From positions 23,624,001 through 23,688,000 of the forward strand of contig OZ249436.1 of assembly GCA_965235115.1 (NCBI GenBank): DNA of 64,000 nucleotides, in the 5' to 3' direction. The notes under the pieces were generated by a model, which saw only the letters and a program-made list of their open reading frames with translations, was not told where the DNA came from and did not search any database. Position numbers and translations under genes: made by a program. The first letter of the stretch is position 1; each line of letters starts with the position of its first letter. Positions 51,461-63,011 of the stretch are shown piece after piece. This DNA is from Laetmonice hystrix (lineage: Eukaryota).

Positions 51461-53249
51461 CGTGTTCTAATCATGGCGCTGGTAGATTATGAGCCTCTGA
51501 ACGTCACAAATACCTGCTTTACCCCAATTTTCCACCCCTCGTTTCAGACTAGCCTACTGTCCACTCAATTGCGTCCATTTTTGGAAAGGTGTCCAAACAT
51601 GACGGGGGTTGTCACGTGGTCTGAAGCGAGGCCGTGTCACTCTAATCATTTTCCTGTTGATACACAGAAACTATTCTGCTATAAGGTGTTGCGCTATGAA
51701 AATATAGTGGCATCAGACCACTTTAGGAGCAGGAATTTCTTATTGCGCTATCGTTGCACTTTCGTTTCCTATCGGGCGTGACACAACAACATTTTATAAT
51801 GCAATAACTTTTTATATCGCCTTAATTTTTATCACCTTAATCTCAGTGTGCCAACGGTATTAGAGTTAGCTGAAAATAGCTTCTTTTTCCATTAACAAAA
51901 ATTTTAGTTAAAGATAAACTGGCGTCATAGGCCAAAATTTTAAAAATAATACCAAAGTTCTAATAATTTTGTATAGCATAGTCATAGTATAAGCTTCAAA
52001 ATAAAGCATTAAAAATGATCGGTCACCATGCTAATTTTCGGAAAAATGATGGGTAAAGATTGATCAATTTAACATAGGATTCAATGGGGAAATATACCTT
52101 CTGGGACGATTTCACTTCCGTTGACTTAACATTTTTCCAAGTTTTACATAATAATAGATAGCTAAATGGACCACTCTTCGAAACTTCAAGGTCACGTGGT
52201 TCAGTGAAAATAGGTCAAATTGCGTATCCCTTCCTCTATTTTGAGTAGCTTTCATTGGAAAGGGGTATCGATTTAACCGATTTGTGATGTCTGACCCAGT
52301 TCTCCCTAAGGTTAAAGGTCAAAAGTCAAATCAAGTAAAAGCTTTAGGCAACAACCTTGCCTGATTAAAATGGCATGAGACGTTTTTGAAATTCCCGATA
52401 CGAGTTAGAAAATGGGCCTCAATGCAGAAAACACAACCGACTTGACGTGATATGACGTCATGCTTCAAACTGGCAGTTCTCTCTGGCGTCCTCAATATGC
52501 CTACCAAGTTTCGTATTGATATCTTCAAAAGTGAGCAAGATGTGATGCTAAAGTAAATGATTACTATTACGGGAATAATAATAATACACAATAAACCACA
52601 CAATTTCAAAAGTCCATCCCGTTGATGGGGGATGGGATAATAACGAAACTCTACAACAACAAGATCCCATTTCCCTTTGCATGCAGAGAAATGGGATAAT
52701 AATAGTATAGACAAACGCATACACAAACACAATCCCGTTCCCCTCTGGGAATAATAGTACATGTAGTGTAGACTTATTCATACGATTTCAGAATCCCATT
52801 TCCCCTGTTGGGGGAAATGGGGTAATAAGTCATTTAGGGGACAATTGGCAAGGGGGTAATGGGGCAATGATCACAGTAGGTTGTAGTTGTAAAATATCTT
52901 TCACAATCTGGTCATGGACTGAAAACTGTTACTTTGACTATCTACACTCTAAAAATAGGTTGGTTAAAACAACCAGGATCCTGGTTAAAATCAACCAGTC
53001 TTCTGCATGGATATGTGTCCAATCGATCTCATGGTCAAAATAACCAATCCAATATCGTTACCCTATTAACCAAAATGTGGATTGGTCGTTTGTTGACCAA
53101 TATGCACAGTCATCACAACCATTATTTTGGTTAATACCCAACAGGCAAAACTCATGGATTTCCCGTGGAATACACGTGGATATGACCTGTGGAATACGCC
53201 TGTATGTAATTTAAAACAGTATCCACGTGGATATGTCTATTTTATTGAG

Positions 53250-54635
53250 CCGATACGCATGTTCTCCTCTTCTTCAAGAACAGAGACCTTGCTAATTCCG
53301 CCCAGTGGTGGGCGTAAGAAATGGAGACTTTCTTCTTGAAAAATGAGAGCAGGTGTATACATTTTGACAAGGAAACTAAATTCTATCCTATCCCTATCCC
53401 TATCCCTGACCTTAACCCTAACCCCTATCCCTATCCCTATCCCTGACCTTTAAGCCCCTGTCACACTTTCCCGGATCGCGCGCCGGGTCTTGCCGGATCG
53501 GGGCTACGGGCGCATCCGGCATGATCCGTGGTCATATCCGGCGTGATCTGTGATGTTCCGTAGCTAGCCGTGGCAACCCTTACCGATCCGTAGCGGCGTT
53601 TCGATCCGTGGAAAAACATGTTCAAAACTTTTTCGATTTTGACCACGGATAAAAACCCCGTAGCGGACCCGTAGCAACCCGTAGATGACACGTAGTAACC
53701 CGTAGACGATACGTAGCAACCCTTAGTGGACACTTAGCGCTTCCCTAGTAAGCCCTGATCACGTGATCGGTGACGGATCGACTACGGGTTGTTAGGTATG
53801 CTTCCCGGGTTGGTACGTATAAGTAAGTATTAGTTCGTATAGGAACGGATCACACCAAGTATTGGTACGTATCCACTACGGCTTGTTACGGGTTGATACG
53901 GTGTGCTACGGCTGGTACGGGTTGGTATGGCTTGCTACGGGTTGCAACTAATCAAAGTGGCCAACGCGTGGGTCACGTGGTGACGCTTGCCTAGGCCTAT
54001 ATATTAGCCAGCATCCCAACCTGTTCAACCCGTAATGACTCGTCGGAGATACGTAACAGCCCGTAGTAAGCCGTAGTGGAACCGCATCGACCCGTACGAG
54101 AGCCGTAGGGAGCCGTAGCTATCCGTAATTTATCCGTACCTATACGGAGTAGACTCGGGAAGCTATCCGTAACAATCCTTCACAACCCGTAGCAATGTCG
54201 TAGTAACCCCTACTGGAGCCGTGCCAACCCGTATCAACCCGTTCTGGATACGGACTTTCACGCATCATCGCCTTTCCAGGTCACGGAAGCTGCCGGATAG
54301 CCTTGCGCTACGGATCATTCCAAACCGTCGCTTGATCCGGGAAAGTGTGACGGGGGCTTAACCCTAACCCCTGCCCAAACATTTCGTGGAAAGTTATCAT
54401 GGGGGAAGAACCCATTGGCTTAACTACCTAGGTGAGATATTCACCTGCTGACCTGCTCGCTGAAGCGGAACCGAGGCGGCAAGGTGATTGGACACCTAGC
54501 TAGTCTCCATTGGAAGAAGAAAGTCTCCATTTCTTACGCCCACCACTGGGCGGAATGGACAAGGTCTCTGTTCTTGAAGGAGTGGAGACTAACGCCAGTG
54601 TCTCTTCTTGAAGAAGAGGAGAACATGCGTATCGG
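53250..54635. mobile_element. TIR element (about 90-bp inverted repeats)
   Basis: ccgatacgcatgttctcctcttcttcaagaa...ccgcccagtggtgggcgtaagaaatggagactttctt is inverted at 54515-54635. Confidence 0.65.
53453..54358. mobile_element. Harbinger-like MITE inserted in a TAACCC/TATCCC tract
   Basis: agcccctgtcacactttcccggatc / gatccgggaaagtgtgacgggggct; TWA-type flanks; ccgta/tacgg subrepeats. Confidence 0.8.
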
Positions 54636-54977
54636 GTGTTTTATTTTAGCCATGATATCGCTGCCATGGTTGAGTGGTTACTGACTCGTATGCTTTTTGG
54701 CGCTGCTGGTGGAATTCGAACCGTGGATGTCCTGATCACACGTCTGCGTCTCTGCCCATTCGGCCACGCTTTTAACTTGTATACTGCACCGTTGAAATCC
54801 TGTTTTTCCTCGTGTTGCTATCAATAAACCCCCCGAGCGTTAACGGGGGGGGGGTATTGATAGCACCCCTCGGTTGATTATTTTTTCTCGAAAGAAACCA
54901 AGGAGTTCTAGACACAAAATTAACTTATTATGTAAATAAATTGTTGAAAGTAAACAAAGAATATAGACGGGTGTTCA

Positions 54978-55039
54978 TAGCCTGGTCCCCTGCCTACCAG
55001 ATATACGTAGCAGTCAATATAGACCTGGGGACCAGGCTA
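54978..55039. mobile_element. 62-bp mini-transposon with TAG termini and a 9-bp TSD
   Basis: tagcctggtcccc / ggggaccaggcta; gggtgttca duplicated at 54969-54977 and 55040-55048. Confidence 0.85.
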
Positions 55040-55305
55040 GGGTGTTCAGGGAACACGAGGCCCGTCGACTGGGTGTGCGAGATTGATCAGTGACCAAGTT
55101 TTATTGGTTGAAACTGAAACCAAACATATTGGTTAGCTGCCAATGCACTGTATTGGTCAAAAAGTATCAAGTTGCTTGGTTCAAACAACCAATATACGGC
55201 TAATCAACCATATTGGTTATTTCGTTACAAGCCATGTGACAAGATCAAAACAAGTGCATTTCCTGTCGCCCATACAATAACTTGAATAAACTTTCTCACT
55301 TGTAG

Positions 55306-55458
55306 GGCTGCCCGGATTCAATGGATCACCCGGTCGTACAGGAGCAACAGGACTGAATGGGTTCCCAGGGTCACTTGGGTCTACAGGCCCAACAGGGTTT
55401 CCAGGCGGAGTTGGGGCCACCGGATCAGCTGGACTGCCTGGATTTCCAGGTCAACAGG
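55306..55458 (+). CDS. Collagen exon L (153 bp, 17 triplets)
   Basis: ttgtAG acceptor, GTacgt donor; GLPGFNGSPGRTGAT...GFPGQQ. Confidence 0.92.
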
Positions 55459-55605
55459 GTACGTCTGAAATGGCTTAACAAAACCTGAATTCAGTGAAAG
55501 TGCTTATAAATAGGTGCGATGCAATGAAGATGAATTGAATACAGTATTTTGTAATTCGATCTTGTCGTCTCTATGGTAATTTATCGTCCTTTGTCCATTA
55601 TGTAG

Positions 55606-55731
55606 GTGCCACTGGCAGACAAGGATTTGACGGAATTCCAGGTCTTCCTGGGAGTACAGGATTGCTGGGTGCTCCAGGATCCGCAGGCCAGCCCGGTATT
55701 CCTGGAATTCCGGGTATTGATGGACTCACAG
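55606..55731 (+). CDS. Collagen exon M (126 bp; [42 protein letters not shown])
   Basis: tgtAG acceptor, GTcagg donor. Confidence 0.9.
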
Positions 55732-55940
55732 GTCAGGAGAAGTCCCCCAATTCAATTAACAATTTTTTATATATGATTATTAGGTGTCTTTGTAGACTCT
55801 TGATTTATTTTTAGCCTTTCATTTCTCGACATTTTGAACTTTACTCTTTTGGATATTTTGATTAAATGTTGCTCCTGTTGCTAAATATTCATTGACTGAG
55901 GATATTTGCACGAATCAAAGAGTTTCTTTGATCACTATAG

Positions 55941-56048
55941 GGGCGACAGGGGCGCTGGGCTTTGATGGACAGCCGGGCCTTGCTGGTTCCCGAGGAGTTC
56001 CTGGTGCTCCCGGCATCCCAGGCTTCCCAGGAACAGATGGACGTACAG
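55941..56048 (+). CDS. Collagen exon N (108 bp; GATGALGFDGQPGLAGSRGVPGAPGIPGFPGTDGRT)
   Basis: tatAG acceptor, GTacta donor. Confidence 0.9.
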
Positions 56049-56207
56049 GTACTAAGATTCATAATTTCTAATGGCTTTATTTAGTGGATAATGCAGTAGT
56101 TATAAGAGGTCATCAGTGTAATGTCATTATAATATTATAACATACACTGTCGAGTCCTTCCCCACTAAATGCACTTTAGCACACTGCTGGAAGTATAAAT
56201 AATGCCG

Positions 56208-56275
56208 TTTATGAAGTCAAAACTCGGAGAGGAGGACGGTGTTTGTAGGTAACATCATAACCCGTTCATCCCCGT
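56208..56275 (-). mobile_element. Terminal fragment of repeat B of the split-direct-repeat family
   Basis: tttatgaagtcaaaactcggagaggaggacggtgtttgtagg...taacccgt matches 28469 onward. Confidence 0.7.
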
Positions 56276-56282
56276 TTACGAT

Positions 56283-57915
56283 TTATAGCCTTAGTGTGAG
56301 CACTCTTCAAAAATTTAAGGTCACGTGATTCAGCAAAAATAAGTCAAATCGCTTAACCTTGGACACCTGTTGCACAAGTCTTGTTAGAGAGTCTTTCTGC
56401 CCAGTATTGTCAAATTTGACCAAAAAGCAGTAGCTGTTTAACCGATTTGTGACCTAGGACCCAGTTTTCACTAACGTCAAAGGTCAAATGAATGGTCAGA
56501 TGTACGCAAGACCCTTGCCTGATTAAAATGCCATGATGGGGTTTTGGAATTCCCAATATGAACTTTTAAAATGACCCCAATGTCCAAAATACGTTTGACG
56601 TCATGACGTCATGACGTGATGTCACATGACATCATGAATGATTATCAGACCTGACCTTGTCATGATCAAGAGGTGTCCAAGTTTGATTGAGATATCTTGA
56701 AAAATGGCTCAGATAGGCGTGCTGTTTATGCCTACTACTACTCCTGAAAATAATAATATTCCATTCACTGGGTGAGAGAGATCAATTCTTCAGGAGTAGT
56801 CATTTTTCAGATTTTAAACAATGAAGGTCAAAGGAAAAAATCTTGTGACTCGCTTTATGTAGGTCAAATCGCATATTCTATAAATAACTTTTACTGAGGA
56901 CGCTATTGTCCTTCATTGACTTCAGTTTTAGGGAATTTCTCAAAAAAATTGAAAGAAAAATAGAGATTTAAGTGATTTCTCCATTTTGACCTCGTTCTCC
57001 TATAGGTCAAAAGTGAGAGGTCAAATTGCCCACAAAAACTTAGCACCTACTTACCTAATAACGATGTTGACGTTACGTCATATGACGTCATGGGTCACAT
57101 GGCCAACTCATCTTCCCACGCCCAACCTATGTAGCAAGTTTCAGTAAGATATCTTAAAAAATAAGATAGATACGTTGTGGAGTACCACAATGGATCGCAT
57201 CTCCGGGGTGTCCCGTCCAACATGTTCTAGGGATAACTATGGTAATCTTGCACCCGTGACATCTTATGAGCTTTAGAAGATGAAAGTTATAACCCTGAGA
57301 AAATATGAAAGAAATCATGACGTCACAGGTCACGTGACCTAAAAGATAATGATACCAAGGGAAAGAGCATATATAACTTCCTATCTGTATTCAACAGTAA
57401 CCATGACCCTATCTGGTACCGTTTACACGCTCTAGGCATAGATATCTAAATTGACAACTGTTCGAAACTTTAAGGTCACGTGATTCAGCGAATATAAGTC
57501 AAATCGAATATCCTTGGAGGATTATTGAGAAGCTCAGAGAGTCATACTGTTAAATAATGTCAAGTTTTATCAAAAATTGAAGAAGTAGCGATTTAACCGA
57601 TTTGTGACCAAGGATCCAGTTCTCCCCAAGGTCAAAGGTCAAATCAAGTGTCAGATTGAGGCATTATCCTTGCCCGATTAAAATGGTATAAAGGGTTTTA
57701 ATATCATTTTTTTTATGTGCATAGAAAATGGCCTCAATGTGCAAAACACACTTCACGTCATGACGTCATGACGTGACGTAACATGACGTCATAACTCGTT
57801 GTCCGACCAGACCTTGTCATGGTCAAGATATGTCTCAAGTTTTGTTGAGATAATTATCTTGAAAAATGACTGAGATAGACGTACTGTTGTTTATCACTAC
57901 TACATCGCCAAAAAT
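56283..57915. repeat. Interspersed repeat with tgacgtca, ggtcacgtga and aaggtcaaa motifs; relatives at about 46890-47150 and 52170-52560
   Basis: Internal direct duplication (56310-56740 vs 57465-57905); class unresolved. Confidence 0.6.
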
Positions 57916-58494
57916 AATAATAAACGAGTTGTAAACGCGAGCGGCACGTGTGACGTCACCACGAGCCCCAAATAGCAGAAAATAGTTGGGGAATCCCTCA
58001 CACACGGGCGTGACACGCGCGTTTCAAACGTGTAGCTGCTGTCTGAAGGCCAAATGTGGTCGCCGGACCAGAACCAGACAACATTACGTAAGTGAATAGT
58101 GACGAACGCAAAGCGCACCTAAGCAGAGTTTACTCACATTACGCACTGCACCCGGACGACCCTGCAAATCCGTCTGTAATTCGTTCGACATAACCAAAAT
58201 TTAACTCAATAAAAAGACGGTCGGTAAATATTCCTGAATTATAGCTGATAAGACGATAGTGCCATGAACGTCAATGTCCTTTTTCATTGATTGCATAACC
58301 TGAAATATATTCAGCCCTGAATATCCGATTTAACGAGCCTACCCATAAGGCAGCACATTGGTGCGTATTTTTACTGGGAGCTCATTTTTGCTCACATATC
58401 TGGAAACGTTGTACAGTTGACTCATATGCATAGCCTTACGCGCTTACGCGAAGTTATTATGTTGGCAGGACTAGCTTAGTGTGATGAGAACACA

Positions 58495-59165
58495 GTAGGA
58501 ATATTTAGAATGTTGTTAGAATGCAGTCAGAATATTTAGAATGCACCTCGAATGCCGTACGAGTGCGGTTCGATTGCTGCCCAAAATACTGCCCAAAGTC
58601 TAGTTGGAAGGTGGCTCGTATGCTGTACGAATTCACTTCAAATGCAGTCCGAACGCACCCGGAATGGCCGCCGAATATGGTTCGAACGTCCCAAATTCAA
58701 ACAGAATGCAGCTTGAATACTTAGAATGCACTTCGAATGTACTTAGAATGTAACACAAATGTCCTGGGTATAGATTCCGGTAGCAATCGAGATGCATTCG
58801 AGGTGCATTCCGGCTCATTCGATCCGCATTCGGGACATTCTGGCAGGATTTGAAGTGGCTTGCCGTTTCGATTATCTCTCAAATGCAATCTGAATGTTTC
58901 GAATGCTGTTGGAATGCCGTAAGAATATTTAGAATGCAGTCAGAGTGCAATTAGAATACACTTCGAATGTCATTCGATATTTTCCACTTCGAATGCACCT
59001 CGAAAGTTTTGAGTATGAGCAAAACATTCAGGCCGGCCACAAGAATTGGCCCGAATATTTGGAATGCAGTCAGAATGCAGTCAGAACTTCGAATATCCAG
59101 GAATATACCAAGAATTTTCATTCCGACAGCATTCTTGCTCATTCCGTCTCTAGTGTGACTAGGGT
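58495..59165. mobile_element. Partial Harbinger-like MITE with gaatgc/ttcgaa subrepeats
   Basis: Right end gtgtgactaggg; left end missing. Confidence 0.45.
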
Positions 59166-59980
59166 ATAACAGCCAATTAGACAGAGAAGTGGTAATGGTC
59201 TTGACCATTACAATAGTAAATGGGAAGTGAAGTGTGACATTATACTGGCGGAAAATCTGCATTTATTCATGCCTACACGATCAAACTAGGTCCTCTCGGG
59301 ACCTACAACTTTTTTCAGTTCGGATTTTCTAAGGCTCTGTAATGTATATTTAGATCATATCAAGACATGAGTATTTTGACATTCTTGATATTTATTGCGC
59401 AAGAGTGGAAAATTACTTAATTTGGAATGCGGTGTGGACCCCATCAGCACGGCAAATCAAGAGGTCACACTGCCATGTATCTATTGTGTAGAGAACAAGG
59501 CCTACAGATAAGCCAGTTGCATTCCTTAAAAATACCCACCAGTGAGAATTATATTTACATTTCCAGGAGTGTGATAAAATAGATAGATTTCAGTCCGCCA
59601 TTTAATCTCAGCTGGCCTATTACCATGATTACCGTGGTATAATCTGCCTCAAGTGAATGGAAGTGAATGATGTATCTGCAAAATCTTTGTAGCAGACAAA
59701 CCAAAGAACAAAAGTCCTTAATCCAAAAGTCCATCTGTCCTTAATTAAAAACCTGAGACAAACTGTTCATCCACTCATCTATTATCCATAGGAGGGACTA
59801 TTCCGACTAGAAAGCATTGTCTTCTGGTGTAGGAGTTTATTGCTGAGATATTATCATCTTAAGCACAAATGGACTGAGTAAATGAAAAAAGGAGTTCTTG
59901 CCCTTGCATATCCTACCATCATGCATGCTCGATGTAAGCTTGACGCTATACATAATGTTTCCAAAATATCGTTTTCTTAG

Positions 59981-60259
59981 GTGCAACGGGACCATTCGGA
60001 TTACCAGGAGGTCCAGGACTTGACGGGCGACCAGGTACAAACGGTCTCCCAGGTGAACGTGGGGCGACGGGGGTACCTGGTTTCCCAGGCGAGCGTGGGT
60101 TTGTTGGAGGCCCAGGGCTGACTGGAGCCACAGGGTTTGGTGGCCTGCCTGGTCAGGACGGTACAGCAGGTTTCCGAGGAGCCACAGGGGCCACCGGCCT
60201 GAGCGGATTCCCAGGAGGACCAGGAGGACCAGGTGCAACTGGAGCAGGAGGAAGCCCAG
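59981..60259 (+). CDS. Collagen exon O (279 bp, 31 triplets)
   Basis: ttttcttAG acceptor; Gly-X-Y runs to GAGGSP. The donor GTctgg is weak, but it gives a multiple of 9 and the same size as exon H. Confidence 0.88.
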
Positions 60260-61715
60260 GTCTGGTGATGAATTTTTGTTGATAGAATTTAGAAATGAGA
60301 TATTTCAAGAATTTTCTAATTATTTAGTGCACCCCAAAAGCCAACTTTAGCCATGTCCCAGGTCAAACGGGTTTAAAAAAAGAGCAAGCTCTATTCAGAG
60401 ATTTCAATGTTGAAATCAAGTTATTGAGGTCCCTACAGTGTTCGTGCATCTCCATTTTGCTTTCAAAATGGAAGGATATTGTCACGGTTAGAGCACTGTC
60501 ACGGTCAGAGCACCAAGGTCTACAGATATTCTAGGGTTCAAATTTGATATGAACTATTACATCACAAGAAAATTAAAAATTAAAAAATTAAAAATTAAAA
60601 ATAACGACGTCACCGTACCACTTCAGAAGTGTTCTTCAGACCAATAACTGGCAATTTTCTTTTTTTGACCTAAAGTATTTTGTTTTTTCTTGGACAAAAG
60701 TTTAAAGGGGCATGCTATGGAACACGTTTTGGAGGATTTCCGGCAATTATCCAACATGACCGTGTACTAGGGATCCAAGTAAATAATCCTACCACAGCAT
60801 TTTGTCCTCCGACGTGTTTTTGCTGCGTATGCAGCACAAGTAGGTTCTATACGACCAAACTCATAGATTTCTCCCGATAGCACATCTCCCGCCATATTTT
60901 GGTAGACAACCTCCCATCAACCCGTGTAATCGCGTACTGCGTCACATCCTGCATGTGCACTCTCTGCATGTGCTTCATTTAGTTGTAAACAATTCACCAG
61001 TTGCACTTGATCGTCTGGCATCAGAATGCCACCCATAAAATATTTTACGAAATAGGCAGAGAAGCGGGCAAGGGAGCTTCATAAACTTCGATTTCTCATG
61101 CAAAATGAAACTGATAAGTCTGTCTTTGTTTACCAAGCAATTTTAATGAAGGATCTCTTTATGAAAACAGCAAAAGTTCTATGAAATACCGATTTTTCAC
61201 CCCCCGTGGGGACCGGGGTAAGAATGTTCCCCAGCCCCCCCTGGCTGTTCGTAAGAGGCGAATAAATGGGGCGACTTGTTTGCCGTGAGTCGCGACCCGT
61301 GTCGGTGGAGGAAGAGGTCCTGGTACCTGAGGACGGTGAATTGCTGCGGCTTTTCACAGGTCCAACACGGTGCTTTGGCTCCTACTTCACCTAGACGGGA
61401 GGTTGGAGAGGCCCGATCCAATCAATCGGCTGGTCACGCCTTGCCCTAGGATTTTTTCTATTGAGTACCCTTTACAGTGGATTTAATTCTCTAATACAAT
61501 AGGCAACATCTATCGTAACTATTTCTTCATTATTTCTAGAAGGCGGTGGCTTAGGGTCAATCAAGTAATGGCAACACCCTCTTTCGTTCCATTGCTTGAG
61601 TATACCAACCCTATATCCTTGGTTTGCAAATGCTGGTTACCGCAGCTCTGCACTTCCCCTTGTTGGGCTCCGTGGAGGGTGGGGAATAGGGTTGGTGAAA
61701 CACTCTAACACAAAC

Positions 61716-63011
61716 ATGGCATCAAACAATCCCCCAAAAAGAAAACTACTGAAACTAACGGACTCTGACTCGGACCGGTCTATGGAGAATGAACACTTGA
61801 CGGAATGGCCTCGTTTTATCATTGTTGAATCGGCAGAAGCTGAACGACCAATATCTAAGCTATCCCCTTTTGCCATACATAAAGGCATATTGGGGATAGC
61901 TGGAACAGTCAAAGATTGTAAACGTTTGAGGTCTGGCCAACTGTTGGTGGAGTGTGCCACGAAGGCCCAATCTGCAAACCTGCTAAGTGCCACAGTACTT
62001 GCAGGTTACAGTATTAAGGCCTCTCGTCACCGGACGCTCAACTCCAGCAAGGGTGTTATACGAACTAACTCTCTTGACACTACAACTGAACAGGAGATCC
62101 TTGCTGGGTTGAGCTGGCAAGGTGTGTCGGAAGTCAGAAGATTGATAGTGAAACGAGATGGTAACACCATCAAGACACACACATATTTTCTGACATTCGA
62201 CAGGCCCACTCTACCAGATGAACTCGAGATTGGCTTTCTAAAGGTAAAAGTCGATCCCTATATCCCAAATCCTCTGCGTTGCTTTAAGTGCCAGAGGTTT
62301 GGGCATGGGACCGACTCATGTAGAAATGAACAAAAATGTTCTCAGTGCGCTGAAACAGGACATGACCATACAGGCTGTAAAAAGCCTGCTAAATGTGCCA
62401 ACTGCGGGCAAGGTCATTCCACTGTTTCACGCGAGTGCTCCGTGTGGAAAAAGGAGAAGGAAATCCTGAAGGTTAAAACTGAGAGAAAACTTAGTTTCCC
62501 AGAGGCACGCAAACTGGTGGAGCAATATCTGCTTCCACCAACAGTTAAAACCTATGCTGCCGCTGTTAAACCTACCACACGGACTTTCGCTTGTCAAACG
62601 GAGATGGTGTGGGTCAAGGGGGATAAACCTGTGACCTACCCTGATCCCGATGACAGCACAAATGAACTGCCTAAGAAAGCTGTCTCGAGTCAGCCACCTA
62701 AAAAGTCCACCTCAACACAGAGCCAGACAACCTCGGTTCCTCCTCCACAGGCCGGGCCGAGTACCAAAGAACCAACTCCGAAAAAAGATCAACCAAGTAC
62801 TAAAGAGTCATCTACAAAGAAAGATCAACCAAAAAAGAAAATAATGACAGATCGGCTGCCCAAGGCAGCCTCCAACAATAGTGCAATAGCACTTACAAAC
62901 AAATTTCAGCATCTTCAAGATGTTGAAATGGCTGATGCTACGACTTGTCGTAGTCGCAGCCTTTCCCCCAAAATAAAATCTAGGGGGCGTTTGCCTGTTA
63001 AACCACCTTGA
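61716..63011 (+). CDS. LINE ORF1, gag-like nucleic-acid-binding protein (431 aa from the ATG)
   Basis: Three zinc knuckles (CFKCQRFGHGTDSC, CSQCAETGHDHTGC, CANCGQGHSTVSREC), preceded by PYIPNPLR. Confidence 0.9.
   Translation: MASNNPPKRKLLKLTDSDSDRSMENEHLTEWPRFIIVESAEAERPISKLSPFAIHKGILGIAGTVKDCKRLRSGQLLVECATKAQSANLLSATVLAGYSIKASRHRTLNSSKGVIRTNSLDTTTEQEILAGLSWQGVSEVRRLIVKRDGNTIKTHTYFLTFDRPTLPDELEIGFLKVKVDPYIPNPLRCFKCQRFGHGTDSCRNEQKCSQCAETGHDHTGCKKPAKCANCGQGHSTVSRECSVWKKEKEILKVKTERKLSFPEARKLVEQYLLPPTVKTYAAAVKPTTRTFACQTEMVWVKGDKPVTYPDPDDSTNELPKKAVSSQPPKKSTSTQSQTTSVPPPQAGPSTKEPTPKKDQPSTKESSTKKDQPKKKIMTDRLPKAASNNSAIALTNKFQHLQDVEMADATTCRSRSLSPKIKSRGRLPVKPP

Larger units (their letters stand above)
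52945..55225. mobile_element. CACTA/EnSpm-like non-autonomous element acting as outer host of nested insertions
   Basis: Starts cactctaaaaa; aaccaa subrepeats on the left, ttggtt subrepeats at 55100-55220; right terminus not found. Confidence 0.45.

Noticed and set aside
53385..54372. True telomeric or interstitial telomeric array
   Set aside because: Only a few degenerate TAACCC/TATCCC units, embedded in a transposon-like repeat.
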